Shown here in pieces: positions 10,641-20,000 of a stretch of DNA of 20,000 bases. Numbering within the stretch: the first letter of the stretch is position 1; every line of letters begins with the position of its first letter. Origin of the DNA: Enoplolaimus lenunculus. Its lineage: Eukaryota. The translations under genes were made by a program, and so were the position numbers. The notes beneath the pieces are model-generated. The model was not told the origin of the DNA and did not search any database. It saw nothing but the letters and a program-made list of their open reading frames with translations. The stretch is from contig JASANG010001546.1 in NCBI GenBank assembly GCA_030248215.1, positions 665,186 through 685,185 on the forward strand. Reading direction: 5' to 3'.

Positions 10641-10830
10641 GGGCTGTCTCGACAATTCGTCGCCCGACAACTTGTGATCCGAAATTTCCTTGTAGACTCG
10701 ATAACTCGTCGGCTGACATTGTGCTCAGTTATAAACTTAGGCATAAAATTACGCAAAGGATTATCCTGAGATTTATTCACAGGACACTGGTTAGCGACAA
10801 TCTGTCGGTTGACGAATTGTGATAGATTCT
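10641..10830. mobile_element. Degenerate palindromic MITE (GACAATTCGTC type)
   Basis: acaattcgtcgcccgaca (10652-10669) pairs with tgtcggttgacgaattgt (10803-10820). Internal cgacaa and cgataa motifs. Confidence 0.6.
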
Positions 10831-11114
10831 TTTACCAAACCAACGATGGTTTCTCAGTATTAATAATAAGCAAATACAAAATATTACAAATTTTCAAAAT
10901 TTTATAATTTTGCCCGAACGGGAAGGTCACCTATGCGCTCCCCTCTGGATTTGCTGGTGTCCGAACTGGTCGTAGATCCCACGAAAAACCAAGCATTTGG
11001 CTGTAAACTTGAGAAAAGTCGACTAAAAGGCGTAATTTGTGGATGCCGTACGAGCAGCTGCTAATGGTAACAGGATAAATCGTAGTTCAGCCGTATGCCA
11101 TAAGTGACCGTTTA

Positions 11115-11310
11115 GGATTGCGCTACACTTCACGTCCGGCGCCGGCTGTCACCATCCGTTATTCGTCCGACGTCGGCCCTCGACGTCCGTCACTCGTACG
11201 GCGCCTTCCGTTACCGTCCGTCACCATACGTTCTCGCACGTGAGTTGTTTGCGTACGATACTGAACGGTGACGGACGGCTTCGTACGTCAACAGGCGTAT
11301 AGCGTAACCC
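11115..11310. mobile_element. PIF/Harbinger (Tourist-like) MITE, CpG-rich
   Basis: Ends tta|ggattgcgctacac and gtatagcgtaaccc|taa: TWA flanks with GG...CC termini. Internal ccgtc and gacgg repeats. Confidence 0.75.
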
Positions 11311-11637
11311 TAACGCTGCTTACAGAATCACGTCAACGGTTGAATTTCACGAATGTTTTCAAAAATACAACGATTGAACAGAAATATTTGGTTGAACTCA
11401 AAATTATTCACAATGAAATATCTTGGCAAACAGCAATTAAATACAGTTTAGCCGATATTAATAAATAAACAGAGTAAATGCAAGTGTGTTGACGGAATTT
11501 TGTGCTTTCAAACCGTGTTGTTCGCAGAGTTCTTATAGTGAAATTTTCAATTAATTTAGATAACAATGCTGGTAATATAGAATATTTAGCTACAAAACGT
11601 AAATTTTTAACATAAACACTGATTGACTGTTTTTTAC

Positions 11638-11830
11638 TTGGAGTGAACTTTAAAGTATAGACCTTCCCGTTACATCACAAACAATTTCCGACAAGAGTTA
11701 CACATCCTTTTGCCCAAAAACACTCTCTAAGGGAAAAATTGTATTTTTTTACAATAAAATATTTGGAGTGAATTTGAAAGTATAGACCTTCCCGTTATAT
11801 CACAAACAATTTCCGACGAGGTACACATCC
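11638..11830. repeat. Direct duplication of a 70-bp segment, period 125 bp
   Basis: ttggagtgaa...aaagtatagaccttcccgtta.atcacaaacaatttccgac...tacacatcc at 11638-11707 and 11763-11830. Confidence 0.9.
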
Positions 11831-12294
11831 CAACCCCCTTAAATCGATTTTCAAAATTCGCTTCACGCCAATTTTAGCTTTGTTTGTGTTGTAAAATGCT
11901 GGAAGAACACAATTGTAAAAGTTCAACGTTTGTAGACAATTGAACGATAATTGCATTTATATGTAAACATTTTGGATTGAATACAGGATTTGCTACGATG
12001 CGAACTGTTTCCTATAATATAATTTTTATTACGGGGGGTCGTATGCCAGTGAAAAATGTTGCATTTTTCGCTGGGGGATGCTTTTTTGAAACGGATAACG
12101 GATTCGAGAGTGTGGCCAATACTGGCTAAGGTCCTCTGAACAGGAATCAAACACCAGATTTGGTATTAGGTTTATCGTTAAAATGACGTCCCGGTTTCTC
12201 GCCGCTTTGCTGGCAAGGTTTTCACTACTGTATCTCACACAGTTCCGGTTTTAGAAATTTTTGGATCCGTCACTGTTTGTTACACGATCAACAG

Positions 12295-12372
12295 CAGGGT
12301 GCAACCGGAGGTGAAAAATACCGGAACCGTAGGTCAATAAAACTGACCGGCGCCGGAGGTGAGGTGAAATTA
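12295..12372 (+). mobile_element. Left-end fragment of the hAT MITE at 17896-18261
   Basis: Identical 18-bp end cagggtgcaaccggaggt, plus ccggaggtgagg(t/c)gaaatta. Confidence 0.8.
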
Positions 12373-12431
12373 AGTACTTAATATGATATTTAATTCTCTA
12401 ATATAATGTTTTTGAATAAAGGTATATTTAC

Positions 12432-12491
12432 CGTGTGGATGCAGTGTCATACGACAATTCATGTGCGTTTCCCGGCGGTAGCGGACGCCGT
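12432..12491 (-). CDS. Putative coding exon (60 nt, phase 2-2); reads RRPLPPGNAHELSYDTAST(R)
   Basis: Acceptor ttttaatgatctcag and donor CG|gtaaat. GC-richer than its flanks. Contains a PxxP motif in this frame. Confidence 0.6.
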
Positions 12492-12614
12492 CTGAGATCA
12501 TTAAAATATTCAAAAAGTATAGCGGCATCATAGAAATTACATTATTAAAAGGTACAACATCGAATTTTGAACTGCTGAAAATTTGCAAACATCAGGTTTG
12601 GGTCAACAACTCAC

Positions 12615-12662
12615 TCGAATCGATATGGTTCGCTCCGATGGCAGTTTCCATTGTTGCATTGA
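12615..12662 (-). CDS. Putative coding exon (48 nt, phase 2-2) of a spliced minus-strand gene; reads QCNNGNCHRSEPYRF(E)
   Basis: Acceptor tgtgtttgcag and strong donor GA|gtgagt. Joins in frame to 12432-12491 across a 123-nt intron. All three frames are open, so the frame is inferred from downstream exons. Confidence 0.6.
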
Positions 12663-12815
12663 CTGCAAACACAGCACATAAACGATTAAGTCGAACTTCT
12701 ACAAAGCGTTGACGCAGTTGCAATATTTACTCTAAAAACGTTCGTTAAATATATTCCTGAAAAAATATCCGATTTCGGAAACATAACGCGGTTCGTTTAA
12801 AGTTTTTCCCAAACA

Positions 12816-13120
12816 GGTCCAGGTAAACATTGGGGTGGAAAGTTTTTCTGCGAGTCTGCGATAGCGTAAGCATATTAAGCATCAGCTTTAGACTAATTTT
12901 TTTGCATAGGCTTTTAGGTTTAGTTATAGGCTAATTGTTACGATTAGACTTAAGCCTAAGTATAATCTCATTCTTACGCTTAGGATAAGGCTTAAGCTTA
13001 CGCTTAGGTATTAGCCCATTATAACACTTAGACTTAAGTACAAGCGCATTCTTACGCTTAGACTTGAGGCTTAGGAATAATGCTTATACGATTGTTACGG
13101 CGTTATTCCATACATCGGCC
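12816..13120 (+). mobile_element. GGCC-ended MITE with TTAGGC-like repeats (long copy)
   Basis: Ends ggtcc and atcggcc. Flanks cccaaaca and tccaaaga (6/8 match). Shares cattcttacgc and gcttaggaata(a)tgcttata with 8103-8304. Confidence 0.75.
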
Positions 13121-13860
13121 TCCAAAGATAACAATTAAAGTTCTTTTTAGGGGTATAAAGTAAGGGCTTCGTCGCTAACTGTGAAAGTTGTATACAACAC
13201 AAGACAGCAGATACTTTTGCCGGCTTGAGAATAACTGACAGCATCCGCGAAGACAAAGTTCAAAAAAATGTTTTCGCTTGAAAAAATGTTGGCGTTGAAA
13301 TTATGTTTTCCCAAAATGAAATTGTTTGCGCTGTGAGAGTTGAGCGTGAAATTTAATTAAACGCCACTAAGCGAAATCCGGAATTCCGATGGTCAAAATG
13401 TACGGCAGTCAGGTCATTTTGTGTCGGTTTTAATTGGGTAACACTTCATCCGGTATATTTGGCAGAAACCGCACTCAATCCGGATGGTTATGCCTGGTGC
13501 ATTGTTTTCGGTATTTTTCCTTAAAGAGAATTATCTCAAAAACTATTTATTTCATGAATATACGGTTGTATTTTTGCCTTAAATTGAAATCTGTTCAAGC
13601 CAAGAAAGCACTTACATAGCTACCACTCCAACAATCCCGATCTTCTTATTAATGACTGGTCAGGGATCCACAATATTTGCTGGTATCACGGAAAAATCTA
13701 CGGAAAAACGTTTCGTTATTATCAGTCGCGTTTCTTAGAAAACGACAAAACAAGACGTTGTGGCCTATTTAGAATTTTATTATAACCCCTTCAAACCTCA
13801 CCTGGTTACAGATGGACAAGAGTAGCATCTACCAATGGAACAGGTCGTGACGCTTGGTGG

Positions 13861-13926
13861 GGCCATATATCCGGATGTTAGGCAAGGGCCGTATATCCGG
13901 AAGTAAGGCAAGGCCTTTATTTCCGG
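13861..13926. repeat. 26-bp minisatellite, about 2.5 copies
   Basis: Units ggccatatatccggatgttaggcaag, ggccgtatatccggaagtaaggcaag and partial gcctttatttccgg. Confidence 0.85.
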
Positions 13927-14544
13927 TGTCTTATAATCTTATACACGTTCTATAACATTTAATGCAAAGTACGCATAAGTATTCCTTTTCTCAAACCTAA
14001 GCCTAAACCGTAAATGTTGGAAAAGTGTGAGTTCGCTTCTGTACAGCCGTAACGCAATGGCAACCGCGGTCACAGAAACGTTGTAGTAACCAAAATTTAG
14101 CAAAAAATATTAAAGAAATTAAATTTAGAAAAAGAAAAAACTTTCTTGAAGGAAAACAATCATTTCTACAGAGCAGAAATGTAATTGCACAGTTGAAATC
14201 AGCTATTTCGGTTATGGAAATTAGGCGAAAACATTCAATTAATGGATGCACATTGTTTGACATAATAAGAAATTTGAGAAAAGTTGATTTTTACGTTTAT
14301 AATTGCAATAAATTAAAAATTTTGAGTTACAACGCCTTGAAATCTGTGTTCGTAGTGCTGATATGAGGGATTGAATACTCACTAAATGAGATATTTTCAC
14401 TTAAATTTTAAGGTTTTTTGATCGGAGAGTATAAACAGAAATAACTAATCAACCATATGGTTTAGAAATAATTTGCAGAAAACTGGTTAAATAAAACATT
14501 ACAAATAAAAGATTAACAAAAACGCAAAACGAAATTGAACATGT

Positions 14545-14761
14545 GGCCAATGTAAAGGACATAAGCGGACCAGTATTATAACCATATTCCTAAACCTAAA
14601 GCCTAATAAGCCTAAGCGTAAGCCAAAGCGTAAAAATGAGCATATTCCTAAGCCTAAACCCTAAGCCTAAGCTTAAGCCAAGCAAAAAATCAGTTAAGTT
14701 TAAGCTAACTCTATTGCAGTCTCACAGAAACACGTTCCGCCCCTGATCTTTTAAACGGGCC
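14545..14761 (-). mobile_element. GGCC-ended MITE with TTAGGC-like repeats (inverted copy)
   Basis: Ends ggccaatgtaaagg and cttttaaacgggcc. Flanks gaacatgt and ggacatgt (7/8 match). Interior cctaagcctaag repeats. Confidence 0.85.
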
Positions 14762-15148
14762 GGACATGTGAACATAATTATATCAACGGATATGGAACTT
14801 GTGGTATGGACGGCACAAAAGCGCTATTTCAGGAACGCAATCTCTGCATCAGACCAATTAAACAACCGTTCAGGTCCAATCGGGATTTTTCCATCATTCG
14901 ATGTACTTAATTAATAAATGAACCCAATACACAATTTTCAGTATCTTTTCACACCAACACAACTTTCAAACGTAGCTGACTTGTAAATTTTACGGTGCAC
15001 AGTTTGAAGGTCACTTACCGAAACCGCTTTTGGTTTGCAGTTCAAATTTATTACTTAAAATATGACCATTGCAATAAAACCCTTGTACCTCTCTACACGT
15101 AGCAGACGGCGGGCGGCGTCGATGCAACTCTGAGTCAGGCCCAAACAT

Positions 15149-15279
15149 TGCCGATGCAGATGAGGCTCTTCCGTAAAACATAAGCTTAAACCTAAGCCTA
15201 AACCAAGAAAACAAGTCTAAAGCCTAAGCTTACACTATTTCAATAGTATAGAAACACGATTCGCTCTTGATTTACGACC
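15149..15279 (-). mobile_element. Degenerate copy of the TTAGGC-repeat MITE
   Basis: Starts tgccgatgcaga and carries cctaagcctaaacc repeats. agaaacacgattcgctcttgat resembles the right end of the 14545-14761 copy. Confidence 0.55.
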
Positions 15280-15617
15280 AGAATGCCAATCATATTTTCC
15301 CAAACGACTGATAAACAGCTTATGCAAATTGGTTTCCGTCCAATTTTGCCGAAACATTTATGAATGGAACAGAAGTTGTTGTGACAGCCATCATATCAGT
15401 GATTATTGCAGTCGTTGGCGTTACGTTTATATCTTTGCATTAACGTAAAATGACACCCACCCACGCTCGTTTCTTCCAAGCTTAACAGAACTGAAAAAGT
15501 CTGTTAAACCCTGTAAGTCGTCGTTGATTGACTGTAAAGCTGTTATACAAATGTCTTGGCTGTTATCTTTGTTATTAACACAATTTTGCAAAGTTAAACT
15601 GGGTTTCAAGTTTACAA

Positions 15618-16023
15618 CCTGGGCTGATCTACGGCGGGATAGGGTCGTATGCATCCCCCCACCGACTGCCGAGTGGAAATTATTGTCACGGTTAAAATCA
15701 AACTTACAGTGCAAATTTTTGCTTCAATATCTTGAGATTTCACAGTTTTTTAAGGGCTACGCCCCGAAACTCAACACGACTAATTTTCTATGTGCTTTGA
15801 CCATATTCTAAGCCACAACGCAGTCTGTGTTTAAATATATATTAAGCTTACATAAGGGCGGATCCAGCTAAAATGGGATATGGATCAGCATACCGGTGTA
15901 CGTATGAGTTTGTGTGTAACTTGTGGCTGTTTTTATACGAGTAAAATATCTATGAACATGTGCTAAAACATAACATTTTCCACTTGTGCATCCACCCACC
16001 GGGAATTTCTGGATCCGCCACTG
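15618..16023. mobile_element. hAT-like MITE (GGCGGATC-ended family), copy 2, with a second left end at 15853
   Basis: 15618-15680 resembles 480-540 and about 15899-16023 resembles about 742-865. The internal taagggcggatccag pairs with the terminal ctggatccgccactg. Confidence 0.75.
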
Positions 16024-16449
16024 ATTAATAAAGTTTGAAATTGAGTTGATTTCAAAGTAGAATTCAACTAAATACATCATATGGGTCCGATTTTTGAGTT
16101 TATAAAGCAAACTTTGCCATACATGTGAACATATACCGGTGTATGAAGCTGTTGCAATGACCGTGTGGTGTGATGGTAGCTACGACTCGTTCAAATAGTC
16201 TTCCGAGAACTCTACTAGCGCTCTGCATATGCTTCGTGGGGGTTTTCTAAAGGGGTTGCTTTGACCCAGTTTAAGCCTTATGGACACCATATTGTTTTCA
16301 TATTAAGTCATGTTCACGTTCGGCAGATGAGAGGGTTATTTCCATTCCGGTCCACAAAAAATTTCAGCTCGATACGCTATATACCTATGAATTTTGATTA
16401 CTTGAAATCACCAGGAAGAATTATATTTGATGTCTTAGTACGCTTTACT

Positions 16450-16596
16450 TGATAGTAATTTTAGGGGCGTCCAGGTTTCCGGTGGGTCTAGAAAACAGTA
16501 GGTTTAGATTCTAAATTATATTTTTTTGCTTAGGCTTAGGCTTAGGCTTAGATATAGGCTTAATCTACTGTTACGCCTCTAAAAGTAACATTGGCT
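16450..16596 (+). mobile_element. TTAGGC-repeat MITE, subfamily B
   Basis: Perfect (GCTTAG)4 at 16528-16551. Reverse-complement homolog of 18938-19087. The left TIR is decayed. Confidence 0.75.
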
Positions 16597-17289
16597 AACT
16601 GTTTCCACCAGAGCTTTAGAAACCCGGCACTGGTTATAAGCTAAGCTAAAAGACTCCATTCCTTCATGTCGACGTAAATTCAGCTATTTGAACCAGAAAT
16701 ATACAGGAAGGAAAATATCTGATTTGAGACGTTTTCTTATCTGTGATTGTAGGAAATTAAAAAATGTCTGGCGACACAAATAAGACTAATTACACTCAGT
16801 TTTATGTTGAAATGAATAAAACAGTCACAGATGCAAAAAACCATAAAAGCTGGTTATTATTGTAGGGGGACGCAAGCTTTCTTCTTTCATAAAAATATGG
16901 GGTTGTGTTCAAGCCGTACCCAGCCAAAGTAGGCGTCTTGGACGTATCTTACGTAATAAAATTGGCAAATTCGGTTGTACATTTGCTCCAATTTTGAAAT
17001 CGGCTCCCGCGGCAAATCCTGGTTTGTCTCGAAAATTAGAAAAATTAGTTATTTTACACATACGTTTTTGTTTCATATTTCTGAATCAACCAATGCAAGC
17101 TTAAGCCTAAACCTCCTAAACCTAATTCAAACCTATTTTATGTCACTATGTGAAAATCTCAAAAACTGTTTCGGAGAGCATACAACAACAGGTTTGGATA
17201 CATCCCTGTCCTACAAATTCAAAATCATGTAAATAAATTACCTGCAGTGTTAGAAAATATTTAATCTTATGAAAACTTGAACCTAAATA

Positions 17290-17732
17290 CTGTATTGACC
17301 CGAATAAGAGGGGGAGGGTTAATAAGAGGAGTTCCCATTTTGAGTCCAAATGAATTGGAGTCCGTATCCCTAATAAGAATCCGAAACCGGATAGGTTCCC
17401 TAAACCCTAATTAGAGTCCATAAATGTCAATTAACCCTAACTGTAGCGCATAAATGACTCCAGGACCAAATAACTTGAGTTCGAAACTAAAAAAGCGTAC
17501 TTAAATTTTGAAAGTACATTACTAAGTATAACCTTGCATTATTGCTCAAGCTATTGACACAAGACAAACAAACGTTTAATTCAACGGATAATTGCAGTAC
17601 CGGATATATGTCAGTAACAAAGGGCGGCAGAGCGTGGGTTAGAAATAAAAGTCTGTAACCGAATAAAAAGGGGAGTACTTTCTGGAGAGGCCAAATAAAT
17701 ATCAGTCCCCCCTCTTATTCGGGTCACTACAG
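17290..17732. mobile_element. Tc1/mariner-superfamily-like MITE with TA TSD
   Basis: Ends TA|ctgtattgacccgaataagagggg and cccctcttattcgggtcactacag|TA (23/24 TIR match). A solo right end of the same family lies at about 18452-18492. Confidence 0.9.
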
Positions 17733-17895
17733 TATATATATTCTATTTTATATATCTGATTTGTACGAAACATTTGTCTAATCATGCATACGTTATAAAC
17801 TAAACCAGGCCACGATTTTAGGTTATATCAAGCGCATAATTTGCACCATTCCTAGTCTCACAATCTATATATTAAAGTTGTAACGCCCCACATAC

Positions 17896-18261
17896 CAGGG
17901 TGCAACCGGAGGTAAAATTCCGGAGCGGGAGCCCGAGCCGGAGGTCAACGAAACTTGCCGGAGCCGGAGCCGGAGGTGAGGCGAAATTAGTTAGTAAAAA
18001 TGTTGGTTAATTAGTTAATGTTCGCCAATATCTGCTATATGTTGTTAAGCTGTTTGGTTTTGCGCTAATTTTGTGCGAAATTTCGGAAATTCTTTCCTGA
18101 AAATTGTGACAAGAGTAAAACGAAACGCGCTAAACAGATAAATTTTGCAAAATTATGCAAAATTTTACTACCGAAATTGCAGGATCGTACGGCAAAAATT
18201 CTGCCGGAGACGGAGGCCGATTTTCTGCCGGAGCCGGAGGCAGACCTCCGGTTGTACCCTG
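17896..18261. mobile_element. hAT MITE with perfect 8-bp TSD and CCGGAG subterminal repeats
   Basis: TSD ccacatac at 17888-17895 and 18262-18269. TIR cagggtgcaaccggaggt and acctccggttgtaccctg (17/18 match). Confidence 0.95.
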
Positions 18262-18937
18262 CCACATACGTATTTTGGGCAGCGTTTCATACGGACGTGG
18301 CAATCAACAAAAATGCTTTGGAACAAGTCAGCTCTGCCCAAAACAAAGAACATAAAAAAGAATTGTTTTGGGTGCAACTAAAATCGCGATACTTAAAAAT
18401 AGATAACAGACCGTAACAGAATAACATGAGGACAACCCTCTGCGTAGAGAGAATAAATATTAGTCCCTTCCATCGTATTTGGGTCATTACAGTACTGTCT
18501 AAACATATTCAACTTGGAGAGGCCAAGATATTTGTGGGAAGGAACGGCCCTTTCTCTTCTCTTCTTTCAAATTTGAGTGACTAAACAAGTCTCTAAAAAT
18601 CTTCAACTGGTGGAAATGTTTGCGGTGGGTTTGAACGCTTTGTCCCCTCGTTCGATCACTACTGGCATGAATTATAAAAGACTTTGACAAACGTAAAAAT
18701 GTAATAAATTTTTAATTTCGACGCAACTCTCGAATAGCAGCCGCTATTATAATGTGCATAATTTCTGCATTAGCAACACTTTGTGTGACGAGTTAACGAT
18801 AATTCGAGCTGACAACGCATGCTTTTAGCTATTTGGCGTGGCTTTGTGCACCAATTTCAGCTAATACGCACCATTTCGGCACGTTTGCGTGTGTGCGGTT
18901 TTATGGTGACATTTTAGGACAACTCCTTTGAATTAAA

Positions 18938-19087
18938 TGCCAATGTTACTTTAACGGGCGTAACAGTTGATTAAGCGTATTCGTAAGCCTGTGGCTAAGC
19001 CTAAGCAAAAAAATGTAATCTACAATCTAAACCTACTCTTTTATAGACTCAGCAGAAACCTGCACACCCCTTAAAGTAACATGGGCC
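18938..19087 (-). mobile_element. TTAGGC-repeat MITE, subfamily B (inverted)
   Basis: TIRs tgccaatgttactttaa and ttaaagtaacatgggcc. Flanks gaattaaa and gaattaag (7/8 match). Confidence 0.85.
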
Positions 19088-19570
19088 GAATTAAGTAAGT
19101 TGACTGCATATACAAGTGTAACAAGGATTTAAACTCCGCGAGAGTATAATGTCATATATGAATAATAATTTTGAACGTCTCTTAAGACCCAGAACATAAT
19201 ATTTTGTCCCCTGTTGAAACTGGTTCCAGGGTATTTGTAATTTCGGATCCACTTTGCGTTGTCAGACTTCCTTTTATGGTCAGTTTGCGGATTCAGAAAT
19301 TTCTGTGGATCGCTACACTGTGATATGTATCCGAAAGATACAAGCAAAGCGAGCGAGAAGCTGGTAGCATTTTTAGTATTTTATCTGTATTGAAGGTATA
19401 TAGTAGTTCCTACAGCGTTATCAGATGGGCACGTGGTTCCCAGCGTCCCCTGTTCTTACGCCTGTGCAGCATAAGACACGACATGGCATGATCTTTCGTC
19501 AGTCCTTCCAGGAATACTTCTCCGTTTCAGTTGCCATGAGCCCTGGTACAAATATTACTTAACGTCACTA

Positions 19571-19817
19571 CACTGTAAAAAATGGGGAGTCAAATTGACT
19601 CTCTCGGAAATAGGCTTTTCCTGACTACACAAACTGAGTCAAATTTGACTTCGGCAGAGTCAAGAGTCAACTGTGACTACGCCAGAGTCAAATTCGATTC
19701 ACTGAATCGCTCAGTGATTCCAATTTGACTTTGGCGGAGTCAAATTTGACTCAGTTTGTGTACTCAGGAATAGCCTATTTCCGCGAGAGTCAATTTGACT
19801 CCCCATTTTTTACACTG
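19571..19817. mobile_element. TA-flanked CAC-ended foldback MITE with about 90-bp TIRs
   Basis: Ends TA|cactgtaaaaaatggggagtcaaattgactc and gagtcaatttgactccccattttttacactg|TA. Repeated internal palindromes GAGTCAAATTTGACTC. Confidence 0.95.
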
Positions 19818-20000
19818 TATGTATCACTTAAAATCTAAATATAATTTAGTCAAAAATTAATTTGTTTAACTCAGTCTAATTGATATAAAGATTTTGTTGC
19901 AACCAAATTACCGTGGTTCATCCACACCAGGTATTTCAACTTGTCAAACGTTTTAAGCTTCGGTTAAACTATTAAGCTTAATGTAAGTTCGCCACTTGAA

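Noticed and set aside
12432..12574. Longer exon using the ttttcag acceptor at 12575 (ORF 12370..12588)
   Set aside because: It needs a 40-43 nt intron and adds an AT-rich, intron-like stretch. Kept only as an alternative model.
18065..18487. Cluster of six overlapping ORFs
   Set aside because: Largely by-products of the GC-rich CCGGAG repeats of the hAT MITE and its flank.

Overview
AT-rich eukaryotic (invertebrate-like) genomic DNA with no long ORF. Most ORFs in the track are noise or lie inside repeats. Two layers can be read from the sequence. (1) A spliced minus-strand gene spans at least 12662 to 5460. Its GT-AG exons join in frame only if a 4-nt microexon (GAAG, 10460-10463) is included. 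The product has a PLPP motif, a Tyr motif and two LD-like helices resembling the paxillin N-terminus; no LIM exons were found in the window. (2) The introns and flanks are densely filled with short non-autonomous elements: hAT-like MITEs with 8-bp TSDs, TA-flanked MITEs, a Tourist-like MITE and two tRNA-derived SINE-like heads. There is also a TSD-linked tandem array of CAAGAG-ended foldback elements filling one intron, and a six-copy GGCC-ended MITE family carrying telomere-like TTAGGC repeats. No prokaryotic system, CRISPR array or intact transposase was seen. All identities come from manual reading, not database searches.
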